In this document: piece after piece, positions 54,983-64,000 of the stretch
Layout of the letters: every line of letters begins with the position of its first letter
Numbering within the stretch: position 1 is the stretch's first letter
NCBI GenBank assembly: GCA_000165425.1
Contig: CT868063.1
Coordinates: 62,001-126,000, forward strand
DNA: 64,000 bases
Direction of reading: 5' to 3'
Source of the DNA: Paramecium tetraurelia
Lineage: Eukaryota
Notes under the pieces: generated by a model
Database searches by the model: none
The model's input: the letters and a program-made list of their open reading frames with translations, nothing else
What the model was told of the DNA's origin: nothing
Position numbers and translations under genes: made by a program

Positions 54983-55600
54983 ATGATTAGAAGATAAAAT
55001 TCACTACCTGAAATCCTCTCTATTCTCTAGGAGAAAAAGAAGGCGCAAATTGAACAATAACAACCTGCTTAAGTACCAGAATAAGAACCTTAGCCAGTCT
55101 TCAAATATGTTTTACATGAACACCAAGAAAGAATTCAATTAGCCAAGATGTTTTATTAGAATCTAAAGAAAAGATCAATAGCAAGAAATGTCAATGAAAT
55201 CAAAAGCATGGCTACTTTAAATGGGTTTCAGTTAAAACAAGGCTAGGTTTTAAGATAAAAACTATATGTTGAATAAAATTAAAGATAAGAGTAATAACTT
55301 ACACTATGATAGAAATCCTCAAATATACTTATGTCCAACACAGAAGATACTTCCATAAAGAACTAGTCCTATTAAAACCAATTAAAGAACTTCTCCATAA
55401 TAAAGATCAAGAGCAATCACTACTAAAAGCAGTTTCCATCTCAAGAGTACGGACCTAACAAAAAATGAAAGCATGATCTCTTTGAAAAAGTGCTAGGAAG
55501 AAAAACCAAAGGTCAAAACTCGATAAGTTGATGAAGTCAAAGGTTAAACTAAATTATTCACAATAGTGTACAAATCATTGAAATAGCAAAGCTGAATCTA
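54983..55600 (+). CDS. hypothetical protein (3' end uncertain)
   Basis: MIRRQNSLPEILSILQEKK...; 22-nt intron near 55292. Confidence 0.5.
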
Positions 55601-56020
55601 TAATCATTTCACAGAATCACTTTATTTAAAAGACATTCTTCCTGATTTCCAAATATTCTCTCATGTAACTTGAATAATAAACCCTCTCTAAAAATAGTTA
55701 GAATAATATTTCTCTTTCTATGATTCTTTATTTTCACGTCATAATTGATATCTGAAGTTAAGAAACTAAAAACTACATCATCCTCTTCTATATCTGATTT
55801 ATGCCATTTTCTTTGTATATATTCTAATTAGAAGATAAAGTTTATATCTAATATTTTTATTTGAAATTTAATTATTTCCAAATAATAACAAATATCTGAT
55901 TCATCTTATCCTCAAGGTTTATCACAAGAGAATCAAGATAAAAAGAAATTTTATAGAGTTTAAAATTTTTATTGTTAAAATAATATTTGAATAGAATGTA
56001 ATTTTAATGATATTGCCGAC

Positions 56021-57349
56021 TCAGTCACTGTCCCAGAATTTATCATCTCCTAAGCTTCCTACAAGTTGTAAGAAAGAGAATTTAGGCACTTCCATGCATG
56101 GTAAATCTTTTTCAATTCTGATTGATAATCCTTTAAGGTTTTCTTCATTATAAACTTTTAGAACTTTTCCGTCAGGAACTTTGAAACTTTTAACCTAGAA
56201 TATATAAAATCAATACTGGTTTATTCCATCCATCTTTGGGGAAAGACATCTTTCTATCGCATACAGTAAATGAGTCTCCTTAATAGTTGCATGATTCCCA
56301 AACTTAAGCACAATCAGGATCAGTAACACCAGCATCTGGTTTAGGAACATAAACGAACCAATTGAGTTATCCTTCCAATAATTATGAATTCTACCCTAGG
56401 TTGATATATGGATCAAAAATTACATGTTCCAATTTCAACGGATAACTTATCTTTAACAAGTAAATAGTTCTTAGTTAAGAATCTGCAGAATGCACCATAA
56501 TTGTAATATAAACCACTGATTCCGTACAATGTATATCTTGGTGTTTTAAGGAAAATTTCATCAGTGATCTTCTCTTCGTACTTCTTGACTCTTTCTGATT
56601 CAGGAGCAACAGCGTTCAAAGGATCAGCAGCTCCACTTGTTTTATGTGTAATAGTTCCAACTAACAAGGTATCCTTTTCACCGATAATCATATTGACTCT
56701 AATGAATTCGATTGTTCCCTTTTGTCCAACAGTCACTTTGAATTAAGCTGATGTTTTGGTGATGACTGCCATGTTAACTGCAATTTTAGGCCAAGCTTCA
56801 ACCATTTTAAGTCCCAAGATAAAGATGGCAACATTTGGGGCACTTTTGAGTGACCAATTTTCTGGGAATGTCACTTCTAATGGTTATGCTCTGGTGGTTC
56901 CATCTTTATTTGATTTGACGACTGGTAAATTGTTTGTTTGCAATTCGTATGTATAGATATTGCTATCCAAAATAGCAGCCCATGAAACATCAAAACCGAA
57001 GATAGTAGCCGGACTTAATGCAACATATGTGATTGTGAAGCCAACGGTATTGACAGCACTCAATTGAATATCGAAACCTTATGGTAAAGTGTCTCCAAAA
57101 TCATATTTGATTGGTGCCAATATTACAGTGGGTGTTGATTTGAAGGGCTTGTTGAATTTGACTAATGTTTAGAAGCTTCTTCCCACTCTAATCAATGTAT
57201 ATTAGGATGAATTACTCAACACTTTGCTGTAAAGGATGATAGGGAGTTTATGCCCAATGCAAACTTTAATCAATTCCTGAATCATATTGGGGTTTAATGA
57301 ATCCCAATACAGACAATGCGCAAACTGATAGGACTAAGTATTTCATCAT
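56021..57349 (-). CDS. secreted H-type lectin + C-terminal beta/gamma-crystallin domain protein
   Basis: Signal peptide; FNKPFKSTPTV...YD...VGFTI...VSWAA; C-terminal CNYQGDSFTVC...VKSFKVP...VYNEENLKG. Confidence 0.75.
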
Positions 57350-57424
57350 TAATCCGTTTTTAAATTTAATTATTTATAAACACCTTTAGAAATAATTTCA
57401 TATATTCACAATTTATTGATTTCT

Positions 57425-58431
57425 TCAAACTAACTTGTTTTTCTTCATCAACTCATCATAAAAATTGAGGCATTACTCAAATTATTCCTCTGTTATCATT
57501 TTATCTTTCCAATAATTGAAGAGTTGCTTCATTTTTATAGGCACTGATTGTCCATTCTCTCGAATATAATATTTGCCAGGAGTATTGGTTATTAATTGAT
57601 TTGGGCCCTCTTTAATTGTAATCTCAAATCTAATTAATTTAGATAATACATTTTTAGATTGTTCACAACATAACATACATCCTAAAGTAGCACTCCGCAC
57701 TCATGCAATTTAACATTCACCCATTAATCGCAACCAAACTCCTTGCATTTATGCATTATTGCAGTCATCACTTAATAGGCCTTCTTCTCTTAACAAAAAC
57801 ACCCACTAACCACATAGTTATTAAGATCTTTGTCAAATGAAATTCCTATCAAAATCTTACCTTGTCTACGACTATTCAAAATGCTGCAGATGACCTTCAT
57901 TATCTATTCTAAATAACTATTACTATAATTAAACCTGTGTTGTTGATCAAAAGATCCACCTTATATGACTTAAATTCTATTTTATCATTCTCCTTCAATG
58001 TACATTCCTTACCCAATAAATAGATAGTTTTGTTCCCTTATACTACGTAGTCATTGACACCATCATATGGTACTTGAACTGAAAGTGTAGCACTAATATG
58101 AAATGTTGGTTTGATACAGCAATTCATCTCTTGATGTCTGAAATTTTAAAACAAAACTATATTTTTTTAAATGTCTTTTACCTTAGTCACTCAACAATTT
58201 CAATATGGTATATTTTTAAGTTCTTCGAAACATACTAATTTTTACTGCTTTCCCAAAATACTCTTAACCCCATGATTTGTAATCGAATCTTTAATTTGTA
58301 TGAACAAAAACATATAAAATCTAGGAAGAATATTCATTGTTAATGGGTTGAGGTTTTTGGTTTTCTGGAGCAAGGATTAGATTGGAGAAGTATTATATCA
58401 AAAATTCAGATTCATCAGAATCGGTACTCAT
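57425..58431 (-). CDS. Schlafen/AlbA_2 domain protein
   Basis: ENDKIEFKSY, KVICSILNSRRQGKILIGI, VVSG, IFEITIKEG, YYIRENGQS; three short introns. Confidence 0.75.
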
Positions 58432-58449
58432 TAATTTTAATAATATAAA

Positions 58450-60204
58450 ATGGATTTAACTCAATCACAAGAACAAGACAAAATAATACAATACTACCTC
58501 AACTAATAAATTAAAAAGGTGGCTGATGAAAAGTCATAACTCACTCTTCAATAGGAATAAGAAAGAAATAAAATCAAATTATAAGTTTGGGAATTTCTAA
58601 ATCAATAATAATAATCCATTTAGTAGTCTCGTCTCAATGCAACACCCTTGAGTCTGATATCTAATAATTCTGCTTAATCTGATCGTTTTGATTTTCAAAT
58701 GGATAGATCCAAAATGAAATAATAGAGTTAGAAATTTGAATAATCAATGCAATTCTAAAAAGACTACCCTAATCTCCAAATCAATTATCATTCCTTTGTC
58801 GATTCCAAAGACTAACAATACAAACAACTGGATTTTCTTATAGCACAATATGAGCAGAAAACAAAGAATTTGCCTAAGAATTATTTCAAAAGACAACAAC
58901 CTGAAAATATTTCAAATTAACTGTAATAGGATTAAGATGACAATGATGAACAGTATAATCAAGATTTTGAATAGGATGAAGATATCTAAGAAGTAATTGA
59001 AGAAGAATTACAAGAATCCTAAATGTAAATACAATAAAAGTCTTAAAAGTTTAATTAATAAGATCATGAGACTGCTTATAGCAATTTAATCAAATTAAGA
59101 ATCGAGAGATTGGATACTAGTGTTGCAAATGCAGACACTTCCAAACTGAATGATTTAAGTAAGATATCTGAATCATTAAGTGATTTGAAAGTAAGTCCAA
59201 ATGAAGTTAATAAAATACTTGAAATTAGTAGATAAGTAGATGCTTCCAAATAAACCACGTTCAAACTTGATCAAACTCTATTGCAAACCAAATCCAACGA
59301 AGAACCATTAATAGAATCATCTCAACAATCAATGTCCTCAAAATTATTAGAGTTATCATAACAATAATCAAAATTCTATGAAAGATAGAAAATAGATTAT
59401 CCTTAGATGCCTGTACTTGATTAAGAATTCTCTTATAAGTTAGAAGATCAATCTCAAGTTGCAAAGTCTTTCTATCCGAATAAAGTAGCGGATTAAGTTT
59501 CTAGATTTGAGTAATCAAAAATTTAGTAATCTAACTTTGAGCAATCGAAAATATAGAGTTAGAAGAGTTAATTTGATTAAATTTAAAAAAGCAATGCAAC
59601 CAATGAAATTTAAACTAAGTCTAATCATTAAGAACAATCGTTTCGGGTTTAGGAACAGCAGAAGAATTTAGATTTTCAAGAAAAATCCAATATATCAAAT
59701 TAGTTGTAATCTAAATTTTAAGATTAATATCAAAACTTTTAGTAATCTCATCAACCTTCTAAATATAGCGAACCTACAAAAAGAATATAATCATCAGAAT
59801 TTGAGAAATAACAATATTATCAAAATTATACATGCGCTAATTCTAATGCAACTAGATAATATTAGCTTACATCGGCCGTAGAAAATGATCAAAAACCTGA
59901 AGAGTTTTAGCAAAGTTAATAAAATAATAATTACCTTGAGGATGAAGAAGAGGCATTTTCAGAAGAAGAGGATCATAATAATAAATTTTACTAATTTAGT
60001 ATAAAATTTGAAGATTAAGATGATAAAGATAAATAAAAAAAATTTGAAGCATTGAAAAAAAAAAAATTATAGGAAATGGAAGAGCTAAAACAACTTAGAT
60101 AATAAAGAAATAAAGAATAACAACAACAAGTCGGTTAGAATAATAAAAGAGATCAATCTCCCCTTATGCCTAGTGCTTCATTGAAAAGGATATAATAATA
60201 ATAG

Positions 60205-60258
<54 letters not shown>

Positions 60259-60928
60259 CAATAACAATAGCAATAACAATAACAATAATGGCAATAGTAA
60301 TAATAACAATAACAATAATGGCAACAGTAATAAAATATACTATAATAATAATAAAATTCATAGAATCAATTTTATTAGCAATAACAACCATAACAAAGAA
60401 ATTTATTCCAAGATAATTAGCCTTAATAAATTTAAAATTCTCTGCCATAATCTAAACGTAATGCATCTGCTAATAGGAAATCTCCAATGGCAAGATAAAA
60501 GGAAACAGCACATTTTTGTTAAGATATAGATAGATCAATATCAGTAGAGAAAACTAAAAAAAATAATAAAACTATTCTAAAAAATGCTATAACTTATGTG
60601 TGTTTGGCTGGAGAACCTAACAAAAGGGAGAGAGAAGCAATTCTCTAAAAATTAGATGGAGTTGAAGCCGAACATTTTATTATTTTATTCAAGACATATG
60701 GCAGATCGGTAAGAAATATAAAATATTAAGGACTTTCGAGCTTTGTATGGCTATGCTGCAGACTCATAACCTTATTTGATTTTCGGATAAGGAAAATGCC
60801 CTCAAGTTTTAACCTCTGAAATGGTAAAAACATTTTTCAAATATGATTCTGGAGCTAAATAATTTAAAGCAATAGATGGAAACAAATAATTTACTATTAT
60901 GGTTGATGCTGTTTAATTAAGAAAATGA
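58450..60928 (+). CDS. Gln-rich protein with C-terminal CKK domain (CAMSAP/Patronin-like microtubule minus-end binder)
   Basis: NKTILKNAITYVCLAGEPN, HFIILFK, FRALY, FFKYDSGAKQF, VDAV; intron 60709-60730. Confidence 0.88.
60193..60352 (+). repeat. (TAA/CAA/TAG)n trinucleotide repeat encoding poly-Gln
   Basis: 16 consecutive TAA at 60208-60255, in frame with the CKK gene. Confidence 0.9.
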
Positions 60929-60974
60929 ATTGAATTATATAATTTATGGCTAATATATTTTATAATTTTATAAA

Positions 60975-61940
60975 ATGAATATGGACAATCAAGTGATTCG
61001 AAGAATGGAACCCCTATAATTATCATTATATTAGTGATTATACCTAATTCATAGGAGAATCTTTAGATTTAATATTTGAAGAAATAGGCCATCTAAGAAA
61101 TTATATTCAAGTAACTAGAGGATAGTCTTAGAGAAGAGAATTAATATCAATTTAAAAATAATTTTAATCTTAAATTTCTAGAAAGAATGAGATTTAATCA
61201 GAATCTTCAGTTATTGACTTTATACTATTGCAACTATAAAATGATCATCCCCATTTATAAATGCGCTAATTAATATTTATCTGTAATTTTAAGGAATAAA
61301 ATTTAACTTTATGTTACTAAATAATTCTAATGAATATGCTGTCACACTACAAATTTTTGGAGAACCTTATGAATAAAAATTGAATCAAGAGTTGCTTTTA
61401 TAATATATTTTGGAAATAAATATGGAAAAAAAAAAGATAATTAATGCTTTATCCTACCTTATCGATAGATTTACAATATGTTTAATATTGAAATAATAAT
61501 AAGTAAACCAGGTGATTAATACTTTCATTTTAAAGAAGAATAATAGATATTTTAATCGCATGTTTAATAATTAAACTATTGCATTGATGTAATTAATTAT
61601 TGGCTCTTGCCAATTATAAAAGCAAGTTAGAACAATTAATTATTTGAGTGACGTGATATTTCTTGTGAAAAGTCAGCGTCCAATTTTCATCAATTATCAC
61701 ATGTTCTAATTGCCAGAACTTTATTATACTAATAATATCCAAGGACTCTAGAATATGAATATTTAAAAAATATCCCTTCATTATTGGCAGAATATTTAAA
61801 ATTCGAAAAGAAGTTATATATTCTTAAACTAAATCAAAACGGAATTTATATCACTCTTTGCCGTAATCTAATTTAGTTAGCTTCAAATTAATTTAAAAGC
61901 TTGAAAGATTATCATAACATATTTCCCAAGGGGAAATAAA
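60975..61940 (+). pseudogene. probable decayed gene with Cys-rich (zinc-finger-like) remnants
   Basis: ATG in good context followed by early TGA; coding-like stretches broken by TGAs; ITCSNCQNF remnant. Confidence 0.35.
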
Positions 61941-62140
61941 ATAATTAATCTCTATTTATATTTTTAATAAATTTTCATTGGTTATTTATATTAGGAATTT
62001 CAAAATTAATTTATATTGCAATGCCAATACATGAGAAATTAATTGGAAGATTAAAATTCAAATGTAAGAATTATTACCTTTTAATTTTAATTAATAAAAT
62101 AAATTATAAAAAAAATATAAATCTTAAAATAATCAGCAAA

Positions 62141-62377
62141 ATGAAAGAAAAACATAACTCATTAAGAGTCAAGAAGATCAGAAAACTATCGCCAAAAAAG
62201 CATTAATAATAAGATGATTTAAGTTCTCCAATAATAACTAATGAAGACCTATTATCAAAGCATCAAAGTTTATGTTCAAGTTTACTGTCGAGTCCTGAAT
62301 CATCAAAATTTGTTCCAGGAAGTATGCTAGAATTCTTACTTAACATAGAAGAAATTCATTTCCCTCTCTCTTATTGA
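62141..62377 (+). CDS. 78-aa microprotein, paralog A
   Basis: MKEKHNSLRVKKIRKLSPKK...LSSPIITNE...PGSMLEFLL...SY-TGA. Confidence 0.75.
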
Positions 62378-62718
62378 TTATTAGTCTTCTTTATTTATAC
62401 AAACTTAACATAATACGTATTATTAACTTATTTATAAAACAAACAAATCTTCAATAATCATTGTATTGAAAACTACAAACATGACCTGTTCTTAAAGTGA
62501 TATATAATTAAACGAGATCTCAAAGTTTATAATTCGATCTTTTATTATTTCTCTAGAGTCATATTTTTTATATTAATATTCATTGGTTTCTTGAACATTT
62601 CATATCAAATATATAACATTCAATGTAAGAACGAGTTTGGGTCTGGATTAGAATTGAGGGTCGATTCATGTTTATAACCGAAATAATAAATATAAACAAC
62701 TCTATATTATCAATAAAT

Positions 62719-62958
62719 TCAGATGAACTGACAGTAGTTAGAATTCTCTAAATGGAGCAAGAATTCCAACATACTACCAGGTTCTTCTCGTGCAGAGTTG
62801 GGACTTGAGATATCACTTGGGCAATAGATAGGATATTTCTATAACAGAATCTCATTCGTTATTAATGGTGAGCTTAACTAATCATCTATAATTTGAAATT
62901 TTTTTGGGGATTATTTTTTTATCTTCCTTCTGATCATCATGTTGTTCTTATCTTTCAT
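62719..62958 (-). CDS. 79-aa microprotein, paralog B
   Basis: MKDKNNMMIRRKIKKQSPKK...LSSPLITNE...PGSMLEFLL...FI-TGA. Confidence 0.75.
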
Positions 62959-63925
62959 TTTATTCAGGATGGTTATATATTTAATTTTTGAGTTTTCCTT
63001 ATTTGTTTAATTGTTATTATTAATAATGAAATTTATATTAAATTCAATTCCTTTTATAATCAGTTCAATTGTTATTTATAAATATATTTTATTTCAAATA
63101 TTTAATATTATTATCATCAATTTTTTTGTCATTGATTAAACTTATATAACTTCTTAAATTTAAAAATAATTAAACAAGGTTGGTTATTACTCGAATATAT
63201 ATGAAAATTAATTACTTTAGATATATTATTAAGAGATGAACAAAAAATAGAATAACAGATCATATTAGAATAAAGAATTAAATCTTTAGAAATAATAAGG
63301 CACATACCATATTTTTTAATACTGAAAATTATTTTAAATTTTTGCAATTTCTTTTTTGAATCATATTATTATTTTTAAGCCAATCAATAAAAGTATCAAT
63401 TCTATATATGATTTCTGGTTTTTTTGAAATCAAAATGTATATAATGAAAAATTGAGAGGTTTTTGGGATTTATAAATTTAATCTATGTTTACATGTATTT
63501 TATATTATTCTAAACATCCTTTTTTTTACATAATTAATGGAAAGGGTAATTTTTTTTATACATACACTTCTTTTGTTAAATCAGACAATCAAAATAGAAA
63601 TGTCCCTATATTAGTATATTAATATGATTTAACAATAAAATTAATATTAAAATATAATAAATTTATTCTGTAAAATTGTAAAGTGCTTTACTATATTTAT
63701 ATTTTGGAAATAGTTAATTGATATCGATCCTTCAAAATTATGACATTGATTTAATCTCACTTACAACATTTCTTTTTTGAAATGAATTTAAAGGAAATCT
63801 GTTAATAGATTAGAATATAAAATTAATAAAAGCAAATACTTCGTATTACCGCCAAAAAAATGACGTAATATTTAGTATATTTTAAGTTAAATTTAATTTA
63901 TTTTGTAGATTAAATAAAATAACAC

Positions 63926-64000
63926 ATGGAATTCATTATTGTGTCATTATTGCTTATCTCAACATTTGGATGGGTTGTGAAGATTGAAAATCAATGCTCT
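63926..64000 (+). CDS. 5' fragment of a secreted/surface protein (truncated by window end)
   Basis: MEFIIVSLLLISTFGWVVKIENQCS, signal-peptide-like. Confidence 0.5.
   Translation, partial: MEFIIVSLLLISTFGWVVKIENQCS

Noticed and set aside
57701..57703. Apparent in-frame TGA in the Schlafen gene (readthrough or Sec?)
   Set aside because: Careful re-reading puts the true frame (WVNVKLHEC) elsewhere; a 20-nt intron joins it to FEITIKEG
60170..60448. Track ORF with poly-Ile on the minus strand
   Set aside because: Antisense shadow of the TAA poly-Gln tract in the CKK gene
1..64000. Telomeric G4T2/G3T3 repeats, tRNAs, transposases, CRISPR
   Set aside because: None recognised by eye; tRNAscan-SE or Infernal would be needed to exclude small RNAs

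Overview
AT-rich, very gene-dense eukaryotic DNA read with the ciliate nuclear code (TAA/TAG = Gln, TGA = only stop) and carrying tiny GT-AG introns of about 18-31 nt. This is most consistent with a Paramecium macronuclear chromosome. The supplied ORF track treats TAA/TAG as stops, so it fragments real genes and reports many antisense shadows; I re-translated by eye. About 35 protein genes are present. Recognisable ones: CNNM/DUF21-CBS transporter, cytosolic carboxypeptidase (M14), carboxypeptidase Q (M28, apparently frameshifted), SLC37-like MFS transporter, JmjC protein, hybrid histidine kinase, REJ/GPS polycystin-1-like receptor, ciliate ATP synthase subunit b, RagC/D GTPase, two PP2C phosphatases, a pseudokinase, a ubiquitin-like protein, two tandem VWA proteins, CNOT10, V-ATPase subunit G, an LRR protein, an H-lectin + beta/gamma-crystallin protein, a Schlafen/AlbA_2 protein and a CKK (CAMSAP-like) protein. 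Main points of interest: four head-to-head gene pairs with only 17-19 nt between start codons, two stop-codon overlaps, an inverted pair of paralogous ~79-aa microproteins, a CaaX-tailed protein resembling a stand-alone dynein stalk/MTBD, and the Schlafen-like gene. No tRNA, rRNA, telomere or mobile element was recognised. Boundaries are manual, and some 5' ends are approximate.
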